IMG/VR virus record: IMGVR_UViG_3300022752_005671
Coordinates: 96,001 to 160,000 of that record
Strand: one strand, 5' to 3'
From: a virus
DNA length: 64,000 nt
This document shows, piece by piece, positions 9,605-18,263 of this stretch. Position numbers and translations under genes: made by a program. The notes beneath the pieces are model-generated. The model made no database searches. It was not told where the DNA came from and worked only from the letters and a program-made list of their open reading frames with translations. Position 1 is the first letter of the stretch; each line of letters starts with the position of its first letter.

Positions 9605-11476
9605 ATGAAGACTTTTACAATCGATCAATTAGCGCAAGGCATCCGTGAGAAGCACGTTGGAGCCGAGCGTGCACGTTTAACAGAAAAGTGGAGCCGCACA
9701 GGTCTCCTCCGCGGTCTCGATGGACAACGCCGTGAAATGATGGCACAACTCCTCGAGAACCAAGCTGCTCAAGTCCTCAAGGAGAGCTCATCTCTCTCAA
9801 CAGGCGGAGCTAACGTTACAGGATCTGGCCAAATTCAAGGTTTCAGCAACATTGCATTTCCAATCGTTCGTCGCGTGTTCGGTGGCCTCGTTGCCAACGA
9901 GCTCGTGTCAATCCAACCAATGAGCCTCCCCTCAGGACTCATCTTCTATTTGGATTACACATACGGCACAAACGTTGGTCAACCCGGCGTTGCTGGTTCA
10001 ACATACACCAAGGGACAATCCATTTATAACAACCCCACCGGCCGCGGAGTCCAATCTGGATCTCTTGCAACTGGTGGTATGTATGATCTTGTTGGTTCTG
10101 GTTACTCAAAAGTCACTGGTTCAGCAACTCTTACATTCGATGGAACAATCGTAACAGGTTCTTTCGGTGGAGTAAACGGTGATACATTCTCATCAGGACT
10201 CGTCCTCACAGTAGGAACACAGTTCAGCGGCAGCAACGCTCGCCTCATGGACTTCGATTCTCAAGTTGAGACAGCACTCACAAATAATGACCTCGACACA
10301 ATGTTCGCATTCGTTCCCACATCACAACTCTCTGGTGCAGACCTCCTCGCAGTCGACCAAGTGGCCCTTTTCCAAGGACCAGGCGGCGCAACTGCATGGG
10401 GCGAGACATACCAAGGTGGAACAGGAGTCCTCAACCTTCGCCGCCTTAACAAGCGTGGAGATTGGAACGGTTCAACTTCAACATTCACACCAAACCCACT
10501 CGGCGGATCTCATATCCTCATGGTGATTAAGTGTGCAAACGCTGGTGCATTTAGCACATCTACAGCTGGCAAGGTCTCCTTCGTCAAGTCAGACTCAGTT
10601 TCAGCTCTCGGCGCTGATGCTGCTGGAACAGGTGCAACACTCACAGTTCCATCATTCGAATCTGATTTCGGAACAACACCATCTCCAGCAATCCCAGAGA
10701 TTGATATCAAGATTGAGTCTCTTGCAATCACTGCAACAACCCGCAAGCTACGCGCTCGCTGGTCACCAGAACTTGCACAAGACCTCAATGCATATCACTC
10801 AATGGATGCAGAGGTTGAGCTCACTTCAATCCTCTCTGAGCAAATCGCTCTCGAGATTGATCGTGAAATTCTCAACGACCTCGTTACACAAGCCAACGGC
10901 GCTAACTACTACTGGTCACGCGCTCCAGGCAAGTTCGTCAACAAGACAACAGGCGCTGCAGTAACCCTTGCCTCATCCCTCTCAATCGGACCAGCCTTCA
11001 CCGGTACAGTTCGTGAGTGGTACGAGACACTTGTCGAGACAATCATCGACGTTGCAAACACCATCCACCGCAAGACACTCCGCGGAAGCGCAAACTTCCT
11101 CGTCTGCGGACCAGAAGTTGCAACAGTCCTTGAATCCTCAGTTCTCTACAAGCCCAAGTTCTCCATCGACGGTGAGGGACAAGTTGCTTCTCCATTCACA
11201 ATCGGTGCAGAGGCAATCGGCTCACTCAGCAACCGCTTCACAGTTTACAAGGATCCTTACTTCGTTCGTAACAAGATCCTCGTCGGCTACAAGGGTGGTT
11301 CCTACCTCGAGACCGGCTACGTCTACGCACCATACGTTCCACTCATTGTGACACCAACAATCTTCGCACCAGAGGATTTCACACCACGTAAGGGCGTGAT
11401 GACTCGCTACGGTAAGAAGATGGTTCGTTCCGACTTCTTCGGGACGGTCACATGCTTGGACATGAACATCATCTGA
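9605..11476 (+). CDS. Major capsid protein (T4 gp23-like)
   Basis: gp23 motifs: LLENQ, FPIVRRV, VSIQPMSLPSGLIFYLDY, TRKLRARWSPELAQDLNAYH..DAE.EL..ILSEQIALEIDREI, GYVYAPYVPL, FTPRKGVMTRY. AGGAG SD and strong C-ending codon bias. Confidence 0.97.
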   Translation: MKTFTIDQLAQGIREKHVGAERARLTEKWSRTGLLRGLDGQRREMMAQLLENQAAQVLKESSSLSTGGANVTGSGQIQGFSNIAFPIVRRVFGGLVANELVSIQPMSLPSGLIFYLDYTYGTNVGQPGVAGSTYTKGQSIYNNPTGRGVQSGSLATGGMYDLVGSGYSKVTGSATLTFDGTIVTGSFGGVNGDTFSSGLVLTVGTQFSGSNARLMDFDSQVETALTNNDLDTMFAFVPTSQLSGADLLAVDQVALFQGPGGATAWGETYQGGTGVLNLRRLNKRGDWNGSTSTFTPNPLGGSHILMVIKCANAGAFSTSTAGKVSFVKSDSVSALGADAAGTGATLTVPSFESDFGTTPSPAIPEIDIKIESLAITATTRKLRARWSPELAQDLNAYHSMDAEVELTSILSEQIALEIDREILNDLVTQANGANYYWSRAPGKFVNKTTGAAVTLASSLSIGPAFTGTVREWYETLVETIIDVANTIHRKTLRGSANFLVCGPEVATVLESSVLYKPKFSIDGEGQVASPFTIGAEAIGSLSNRFTVYKDPYFVRNKILVGYKGGSYLETGYVYAPYVPLIVTPTIFAPEDFTPRKGVMTRYGKKMVRSDFFGTVTCLDMNII

Positions 11477-11502
11477 TAGTCGGAAGCGACCATCTTTGAT
11501 AT

Positions 11503-11536
11503 GAAAGGCCTTCGAAAGAAGGCCTTTCTTGTTTTT
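11503..11536 (+). terminator. Rho-independent terminator after the capsid gene
   Basis: Perfect 11-bp stem GAAAGGCCTTC-GAAA-GAAGGCCTTTC followed by TTGTTTTT. Confidence 0.9.
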
Positions 11537-11669
11537 GTCTATAGGACATAATATAAGCGTTAAAATATCTTAAATTGTCTTCGACTTTATACATTATAGA
11601 CGTCGTGATGCAAGATCTTCGCGAAGAATTTAAAGCAATTTTTAACTTATTAAAAATGATTAGTGATTT

Positions 11670-11677
11670 ATATTTAT
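11670..11677 (+). promoter_or_regulatory. Putative late-promoter motif ATATTTAT
   Basis: One instance of the recurrent ATA(C/T)TTA(T/A/G) motif found upstream of virion genes. Confidence 0.45.
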
Positions 11678-11752
11678 CGACACAACCGGACGCGGTAATT
11701 AACTGAAACTGTAGCTGGTTTGATCATTCTAGTTAAAAAAAGGAAAATTACA

Positions 11753-12187
11753 ATGCCAAAAGTCGTTATTAATGATTCTCAAGGTTTGGTTCAACAGTCA
11801 GGTTCAGGTTTTGAAATTTCTTCCAGCGTAGATCTTGGTGGCGCTGCTAAAATTTCATCAACATTCGGTCTTACAAATATAGGAGCAAAGACAGCGGGTA
11901 CAACTCAAACAGAAGCTGGTTCTACTGCAATTACAAATGTTGTAACGGTAGCCACTGTTTCTAATGCGAATGATGGACTTAAGCTTCCAGCTGGAGTTGC
12001 AGGCGACATTAGAATAATTTCTAATATTAGCGCAAACGCTGCAAAGGTTTACACTAACGGTACTGACAAAATTAATGGATCTGACCCAGGAGCTTCTGGG
12101 AATGCTACTGTCGTTGTTGCGTCAAAGACGACTATCTTCGTATTTACAGGTGATGATCACGGTTGGGCAACTATTATAAGCGCATGA
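11753..12187 (+). CDS. Small Gly/Thr/Ala-rich structural protein (candidate capsid decoration or head fibre)
   Basis: ATG 11753 after an AAGGA SD; beta-rich composition; follows the capsid gene and has its own terminator. The function is inferred from position only. Confidence 0.6.
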   Translation: MPKVVINDSQGLVQQSGSGFEISSSVDLGGAAKISSTFGLTNIGAKTAGTTQTEAGSTAITNVVTVATVSNANDGLKLPAGVAGDIRIISNISANAAKVYTNGTDKINGSDPGASGNATVVVASKTTIFVFTGDDHGWATIISA

Positions 12188-12227
12188 TGTATATGATTTT
12201 TACATGATCATACACTAATTTAGCAAC

Positions 12228-12256
12228 AAGGGACGATCATCTGATCGTCCTTTTTA
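12228..12256 (+). terminator. Rho-independent terminator
   Basis: GGACGATC-ATCT-GATCGTCC followed by TTTTT. Confidence 0.85.
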
Positions 12257-12308
12257 CTTTTGCATGATAATATAAAAAATATTTTAACATATTTGATTAA
12301 TCACCCCC

Positions 12309-12632
12309 ATGAACCGGCGCCGCGCAGGACAACCAAAATTAATTAAAAAACATTGTGAAATTTGTTATTTTGATAAACCTGAAGCAATAAATTTTCATCA
12401 TATCATTCCTAAACGTGACCCACGATGTACAAATGATAATCATAACATAGCGATCGTTTGCCATTCATGTCATGACTTAATTCATGCAGGAAAAATCATA
12501 ATAATAGGCGTGTATTCGTCAACAGGAGGTAGGAAGCTAATGTGGTTCCGCCAAGGAGAAGATCCACCGTTAGAGGAAGAATTCTGGATGGTCAAAGAAA
12601 ATCCTTTGGTAATATTGAGGGGGAAACATTAA
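12309..12632 (+). CDS. Small HNH endonuclease
   Basis: CxxC (CEIC), HHIIP, N..N.AIVCHSCHDLIH: the HNH/zinc-finger pattern. Confidence 0.85.
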   Translation: MNRRRAGQPKLIKKHCEICYFDKPEAINFHHIIPKRDPRCTNDNHNIAIVCHSCHDLIHAGKIIIIGVYSSTGGRKLMWFRQGEDPPLEEEFWMVKENPLVILRGKH

Positions 12633-12638
12633 TCTTTT

Positions 12639-12667
12639 TTTATAAATTTTTTAATGGGAAATATAAT
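12639..12667 (+). promoter_or_regulatory. sigma70-type promoter of the envelope operon, leaderless
   Basis: TTTATA (12639-44), 17-nt spacer, perfect TATAAT (12662-67). ATG 12674 lies 6 nt downstream and has no SD. Confidence 0.65.
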
Positions 12668-12673
12668 TGTTTT

Positions 12674-14143
12674 ATGACCATTAAAAAAGATCTATTTAAA
12701 AAAGGAATCATCACTGCTTCTGCGTTGATTGCTTGTTTGTATGGATGTGAACGTCCGAATCCGTATAAGTTATCGGGTGATACATCTGCAGTTTTTGAAG
12801 ATTGTCCAACTCCGAAATTTCCTGATGAAAACGTTTCTTCGCAAGTTTCATCCACCTCAACCAGCGGAGAGATGACGACAGGAAAGACAGTTGGACCATC
12901 AGTTACAGCAACAGTTGGGACAGGATATCAAGATGAGCAACAACAAGAGCAGACAGAATTAGATAAGAGAGAGTTTGATTATTCTGAAGCATTGAGAACA
13001 GCTAGCATCTTAATTGTTGGAGATGCTCCTACATTGTCTGAGATATATGAACTCGGCGATTTGCCTCTTGAGCAGCAAAAAGCAAAATATGAAGAGTTGG
13101 TTGACAAAAAGCTATCTGATTCTCGATTTGCAGATACACTTATAGAATTCTTTAAGTATACTTTTAAGATGGGCGGAGCAGCTACAATTTCAGGTGAACC
13201 TACTAGAGATACAGCTCCAACGTTTGCAGCTAGGATTGTTTATGAAGAGAAAGATTGGAGAAACATTCTTACTCAAGTTTCTAATACGTGTCCGACATAT
13301 AATGCCACGACAAAGATTTTTACCGATGGAAATTGCATGAATTTACCAGCAGGGATGAATCATTCTGGAATTTTGACAGATCCAGGCGCACAAAGTCTTT
13401 ATTACGGTAATTTGTCATTTCGTCGTAATCGATTTTATCATGAAACTTTTTTATGCAGATCAGGAAATGAGCAATCAGGTGGAGAGCCGACTGACAATCC
13501 ACCGACAGATGCTCCTTGTTCTGGAGGAACATCCATCCCAGGATATCAAAATAAATGGCCTGTTAATGAGATTGCAGGTGTGTGTAATGGTGGCCGCGTA
13601 GATTTTCATGCGTATAATAATTCAAATGTTTGTGCAAATTGTCATGCAACATGGAATCATAGAGCACCATTGTTTAGTCAGTTCGATTCCAAGGGAGTAT
13701 TTCAATCTTTAACACCTGCAGGAGAATATTCGGTATTCGTTCCTGTTGAAGGTTCTCCTAGAGCAAAGTTATCTGATTGGTTATGCATTGGATCTTCATG
13801 CCCTAATGGAGGAAATAATACAACTGCTTGGAAGAAGTCCATGAAAGTTAATGGAGTAGATACATCTGCAAATGCTAACACGATTAATGAGTTAGGACAA
13901 GTTATGTCTCAAGATGATGAAGTCGTAGAATGTGCGGTGAAAAGAATGTGGAACTATGCAATGGGCCGTGCAGATATAACTGAAATAGGAGGACGTTCTT
14001 GGGTCAATTTGCCTGACAGAAATGATCCAAACCCAGAATTAGTTACCATGTCAAAATTGGTCTTGCAATTTAAGAATAACGGATATAATCTAAAGAAAGT
14101 TTTTAGATCCATTCTTGTATCAGAGGATTTTACGAGGTTTTAA
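12674..14143 (+). CDS. Predicted lipoprotein with one CxxCH heme c motif; resembles DUF1588/DUF1585-type proteins
   Basis: Basic N-terminus, hydrophobic stretch and lipobox (LIA-C21 or LYG-C25); Ser/Thr/Gly linker; CANCHATWN...FSQFDSKG; C-terminus EVVECAVKRMWNYAMGR...FKNNGYNLKKVFRSILVSEDF. Start set at ATG 12674 because the longer ORF overlaps the HNH gene. The family call is by recognition only. Confidence 0.7.
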   Translation: MTIKKDLFKKGIITASALIACLYGCERPNPYKLSGDTSAVFEDCPTPKFPDENVSSQVSSTSTSGEMTTGKTVGPSVTATVGTGYQDEQQQEQTELDKREFDYSEALRTASILIVGDAPTLSEIYELGDLPLEQQKAKYEELVDKKLSDSRFADTLIEFFKYTFKMGGAATISGEPTRDTAPTFAARIVYEEKDWRNILTQVSNTCPTYNATTKIFTDGNCMNLPAGMNHSGILTDPGAQSLYYGNLSFRRNRFYHETFLCRSGNEQSGGEPTDNPPTDAPCSGGTSIPGYQNKWPVNEIAGVCNGGRVDFHAYNNSNVCANCHATWNHRAPLFSQFDSKGVFQSLTPAGEYSVFVPVEGSPRAKLSDWLCIGSSCPNGGNNTTAWKKSMKVNGVDTSANANTINELGQVMSQDDEVVECAVKRMWNYAMGRADITEIGGRSWVNLPDRNDPNPELVTMSKLVLQFKNNGYNLKKVFRSILVSEDFTRF

Positions 14144-14144
14144 T

Positions 14145-15152
14145 ATGAAGATTATAAAAAATGGATTATTGTTTAGCGTTGTCCTAGTCGGATCTTTTGC
14201 ATGTGGGTCTAATTCTCCTAACATAGGAGAAGATGAATGTCCAGATCAAAATGAAGTTATTTCATCAACGATAGCAGTACAAGCTTCAACAACTGTCGTA
14301 ACAGCCGGAGCTGGAGGGTCTGTAAATGTTTCTGCGTCATCTTCTGTCACTTCGACTTCGACCGGAGGAGAACCTCAACAAAAATTTGACGTTCCTTCTT
14401 CAGATGAAATTATGTCTCGTTTACATAGCTGTCATAAGCTGTCATATCAACAATTAGGAAATTTTTTAAGAAATAGAGGTGCCTTAATTCCTCCTGGAAA
14501 TGTTTCAGATGTCCGTACAACACAGGTTTCAATTCTTGGTGTAACACAAACATTGGGGTCTATATTTGGTGGCAGCGGAACTTCTTGCGAAATGGCAATA
14601 ACAACAGCCAATGGAACGAATGATCCAGTTTGTCCTGCAGGAGAGGTTTGTTTTTGCAATCAAGACGATAAGATGAATCAAGTAAATCGTAGTTGTTTAG
14701 ATGTTGGAAATAACTCCCCCGACGCAGCTGATGGTTATTGCGTATCAAAGCCTGCAACGGCTGGATATCTTTATTTTTCTGGAAAAGACGCGTTAGGAGT
14801 TCCAAAACTTGATTCTAGATTAGGAGAGAAGGAAGAACACTCAACTGCTTCTGCAATGAAATTAATGGACATCTTCATACAAGCTGCTCCTCAAATTATT
14901 GCAAACATAGGTGATCAAACAAAAGCTCCTGCGTGTACTCTAAACGGAAAAAATAAACAAATGTTTGCAGCAGATGGTAGTTGTGTGGAGGAATCTGTCA
15001 GTTGCTTAATTGGAACGCCTGCTACTGAAGATCACATGCTATTATGTAACTTATTGGTTAGTAAGGCAGATAAAAGTAATTTATCTGATGTTATGAAGAA
15101 GCGAAATATTGCCGTAGCTGTTTTGTTATCTGCAGCGCATTCATGTCAATGA
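14145..15152 (+). CDS. Predicted Cys-rich lipoprotein
   Basis: MKIIKNGLLFSVVLVGSFA-C20; Ser/Thr/Gly-rich linker, then a domain with about a dozen Cys; starts 1 nt after the upstream stop, with a GAGG SD. Confidence 0.7.
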   Translation: MKIIKNGLLFSVVLVGSFACGSNSPNIGEDECPDQNEVISSTIAVQASTTVVTAGAGGSVNVSASSSVTSTSTGGEPQQKFDVPSSDEIMSRLHSCHKLSYQQLGNFLRNRGALIPPGNVSDVRTTQVSILGVTQTLGSIFGGSGTSCEMAITTANGTNDPVCPAGEVCFCNQDDKMNQVNRSCLDVGNNSPDAADGYCVSKPATAGYLYFSGKDALGVPKLDSRLGEKEEHSTASAMKLMDIFIQAAPQIIANIGDQTKAPACTLNGKNKQMFAADGSCVEESVSCLIGTPATEDHMLLCNLLVSKADKSNLSDVMKKRNIAVAVLLSAAHSCQ

Positions 15153-15164
15153 AGGGAAAAGAAA

Positions 15165-16766
15165 ATGGGAAATTGGAAATTAAAGCAACTTAGAGATGAA
15201 CGTCGTAGAACATTTTTAAAGATGTGTACCGTTGCGGCAGCTGCAATAGGTATTGAAAGATCTAGACTTTTAAACTTCCTTGCTGATGAAGGAGGTTATG
15301 GATTGGCAGAAGCAGCTGGTTCAACATATGGGCGATCATTGCTTGTTCCATCTCCAAATGGCGTGTATGCTTGGTTTCAAGAACTTTGGCCAGTTGCAGA
15401 CGTCGGATTGAAAGCATGCCAAAATGCAAATGTTCCCGGATTGTCTTCAAATTTTGGAGGAACGTCTTCATACCTCTACACTTCCCAATATGGATATAAC
15501 CCAGCTAACGGATATCGAGGAACCTATGCTTGGGGTAAAGGTAATCCAATGCCTACATTACCGATGGGGGTAAAAGGATGGAACGGCGGAGATAGATCTT
15601 TCTTTTATAGTCCTCATGCTCCATGGTTTGATCACAACGCTGGAACTCCAAAATATCCTGTGACTGCGTTTATGTCAGGTAAGGATGAAACCCACACAGA
15701 ATTTCCAATTTCTCATATGTCTTTGTCTGGAAATTCATCATTACAAGCAGCGTTAGCTTCTCTTGGTGCAGCTGGGTCATCTGCGATAGTACCTGTTCTT
15801 GGTATAGATCCAGTCAAATATGGTAGAGCTCCTGGTGCCCCAGAAGTTGCCACGGTCCCATCTTCTGCAGGAATGATTGATCTATTTAATTCTGCAGCAA
15901 GCCAATTCGCTTTGGCAACTAAAGTTGACCAAGAGTTGTTTGAAACTTACTATAAGGCATTAGTTGGTCTTAGAAAGTCTTCAGAGAGATCATCATGGGC
16001 TCCGCAAATGTCAATCACGAAGAATGCTGCTAGAATCATTGGTCTTAATTTCGCATCGCAACTTACTCCTACGAGTCAAGATCTTACAGATTTCGGTATC
16101 CAAGACATGATTGATAGCATTAATGCATCATCTACGTATATGACTTCAACTCAAAGAAATGGTATTGAAGAATTTGGTAGAACACTAATCGTTGTGGCAA
16201 AGGCATTCTCATTAGGTCTATCCAAAACTGCCATCGTAGCCTTATCCCCAGGTCCAACCTCCGATACGACCTTCACAGACCCCCACGTTACATTTGATAA
16301 TATGACCTTAATGAACCAGGGTCGAAATACCACAAAACATTTAGGGAAGGTTCTGGATGGCTTCTACAACTATCTATCTCAACAGGTAGATCCTGAAAGT
16401 CCAACTGAAAAGCTGGATAAGAGTACTGTGTTCGTTGCATATGGCGATACGCCGCACACCCCGCTTGTCGGAAATACCTGGCCTGATGCAACTCCTGATG
16501 CTTGTAATTGGATGTACGTCATGGACCCAAGAGGGCACATCAAGAACGGATGGTTCGGTCACGTGTATGCCAATAAAGTTGGAGGTAAAAATGCAGTTGG
16601 ATTTAATCCTCTAACCGGTGTTGATGACATGACGAAAACTTCTGAACAAGTTTCTTCTTTTGGATCGACAGCGACAGTGTTTGCAGTTGCAAATGGAGAT
16701 TCAAATAAGACTTCAGAATATGGAAATTCTCCAAACGTAGTTTCTGCTTTGATTAATCAAAAGTAA
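15165..16766 (+). CDS. Tat-signal protein, DUF1501/DUF1552-like
   Basis: Twin-arginine motif RRTFLK followed by MCTVAAAAIGI; possible AEA cleavage at residues 48-50; TVFVAYGDTPHTP resembles the DUF1501 V..GEFGRTP segment. The Tat motif is clear; the family call is tentative. Confidence 0.65.
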   Translation: MGNWKLKQLRDERRRTFLKMCTVAAAAIGIERSRLLNFLADEGGYGLAEAAGSTYGRSLLVPSPNGVYAWFQELWPVADVGLKACQNANVPGLSSNFGGTSSYLYTSQYGYNPANGYRGTYAWGKGNPMPTLPMGVKGWNGGDRSFFYSPHAPWFDHNAGTPKYPVTAFMSGKDETHTEFPISHMSLSGNSSLQAALASLGAAGSSAIVPVLGIDPVKYGRAPGAPEVATVPSSAGMIDLFNSAASQFALATKVDQELFETYYKALVGLRKSSERSSWAPQMSITKNAARIIGLNFASQLTPTSQDLTDFGIQDMIDSINASSTYMTSTQRNGIEEFGRTLIVVAKAFSLGLSKTAIVALSPGPTSDTTFTDPHVTFDNMTLMNQGRNTTKHLGKVLDGFYNYLSQQVDPESPTEKLDKSTVFVAYGDTPHTPLVGNTWPDATPDACNWMYVMDPRGHIKNGWFGHVYANKVGGKNAVGFNPLTGVDDMTKTSEQVSSFGSTATVFAVANGDSNKTSEYGNSPNVVSALINQK

Positions 16767-16920
16767 AAACTAATTATTCTATTTCATTTTTATTATCAAG
16801 CGGTCAGCAACGATCTCTCGATTTTTCTTTTCTTGTACACGGAATGCCGTTATTAGTATCCTTTCTACTACCGGCAACAAGCCGACATTGAATAAATTTA
16901 AATAATTGGAGAATAAGTTT

Positions 16921-17187
16921 ATGCCAAAGAATAAGAAGACAGTTGTAAAGACAAACAAGAATGCAACAATCCGGACACGCAGAGATCGAACTGGTAAGCT
17001 TCGCACAGAGACAGCTCGCCGCGATGATGGATTTAATGCAGCTCTTACGACAGACGTTCGTAATGATTCGACTCGATTCTTCATTGATTTTGATCAACAG
17101 ACTGTTGAGTTTAGTGGTCGCGAGGCTCGCACGCTTTATCGACTTCTTCGTACTCATTACGCTTACACTGGTAAGCCACGCCGTTGA
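16921..17187 (+). CDS. Small basic hypothetical protein
   Basis: GGAG SD 9 nt before ATG 16921; Arg/Lys/Thr-rich; followed by a terminator. Confidence 0.7.
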   Translation: MPKNKKTVVKTNKNATIRTRRDRTGKLRTETARRDDGFNAALTTDVRNDSTRFFIDFDQQTVEFSGREARTLYRLLRTHYAYTGKPRR

Positions 17188-17209
17188 GACTTACTTAGTT
17201 AGCTTATGT

Positions 17210-17240
17210 GGAGAGGCCGCAAGACCTCTCCTTTTATTTT
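17210..17240 (+). terminator. Rho-independent terminator
   Basis: GGAGAGG-ccGCAAga-CCTCTCC followed by TTTTATTTT. Confidence 0.85.
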
Positions 17241-17258
17241 TATAGGAGGTACGTTGAA

Positions 17259-17783
17259 ATGCAAATTAGCAAACAAACTGCAATGTCATTGATTAAAGTA
17301 CTGAGCCATTATAATTCTATCACGATGTGTGGAGGTAATTTTCCTGTCATCAATAATGTTGATGAATTACTAGAAGATTTTGAAAGTTATGTTCTAGACA
17401 TTGACGATGATAAGAAAACATTCACTGATACTATTAAGGTTGACGAGGACATTTATCCTGAAGCTCTTTGTGAATTGCCTGGAGTGAGTGGTCATATCAA
17501 TAATTCTTCTGCTGGTGACCCAGGAGATGATATTAAGTTTTCTTTCAGGAAAATTTCCAATGATGAATCTGGAGAAGTAGACACATTTTTAATGATTAAT
17601 GATTGTTCTGACTCAATTGGTCCAATTACTTACTTGCGTCTTTTTGATAGAGAACTACAAGTAGCTACAGGACAAGGTTCTTATAGAACATGGCACTATT
17701 TTGATATTGAAACAGTTCCTACTTCTTGGGTAAGAGTATTTGGTCAATCATCAAACTATTTTAGAGTCATTAACTGGCAGTAA
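17259..17783 (+). CDS. Acidic hypothetical protein
   Basis: AGGAGG SD before ATG 17259; the longer annotated start overlaps the terminator. Confidence 0.7.
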   Translation: MQISKQTAMSLIKVLSHYNSITMCGGNFPVINNVDELLEDFESYVLDIDDDKKTFTDTIKVDEDIYPEALCELPGVSGHINNSSAGDPGDDIKFSFRKISNDESGEVDTFLMINDCSDSIGPITYLRLFDRELQVATGQGSYRTWHYFDIETVPTSWVRVFGQSSNYFRVINWQ

Positions 17784-17849
17784 AATATTACATAACAAAT
17801 GACTATAGTGCCACGTTAATCGTTTAGAATTAAATACTTATTGATTAAC

Positions 17850-18062
17850 GTGGCACAAATTATTAAACCTTCTACAGTGGCAATAACTTTATTAAAAACT
17901 CGTGATGAGTTAAATGGGTTATTACAGCTTATTCGTTCTTGGAGAATAAACGGAATAAATGGATCAGGTATAGTTCCTATTGCGATATTGCCATTAGAAA
18001 CAAAATTAGAAAAATCAATCAAAGATATTGAATCTATGATTAAGATTGCTGCAAAAGTTTGA
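17850..18062 (+). CDS. Small hypothetical protein
   Basis: GTG 17850, preceded by the ATACTTAT motif (17834-41). Confidence 0.5.
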   Translation: MAQIIKPSTVAITLLKTRDELNGLLQLIRSWRINGINGSGIVPIAILPLETKLEKSIKDIESMIKIAAKV

Positions 18063-18074
18063 AGTAAATTATAT

Positions 18075-18263
18075 ATGTTTAATATGTCTGCAACAACTGA
18101 AAATTTACTATTACAAATCATTGAATTAGAGCAAAAGATTCTTGAAGTAAAATCTCGAGGACAAAATTCATTTGAATTAGAAGAAACATTGGTTGTGCTT
18201 AAGGGTAAATTTGCTATGATGAATGAAGCCTTGAGCATGCGTCAAGGTATCTTGAAAGGATGA
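18075..18263 (+). CDS. Small coiled-coil hypothetical protein
   Basis: 62-aa ORF with heptad pattern; overlaps the next gene by 4 nt. Confidence 0.55.
   Translation: MFNMSATTENLLLQIIELEQKILEVKSRGQNSFELEETLVVLKGKFAMMNEALSMRQGILKG

Noticed and set aside
12542-12673. N-terminal extension of the 533-aa ORF in the track
   Set aside because: It overlaps the HNH gene and the promoter; a signal peptide appears only when starting at ATG 12674.
16779-17245. Overlapping ORFs 16779-17084 (-), 16804-17157 (-) and 16961-17245 (+)
   Set aside because: They overlap the SD-supported, terminator-bounded gene 16921-17187 and have no protein-like features.
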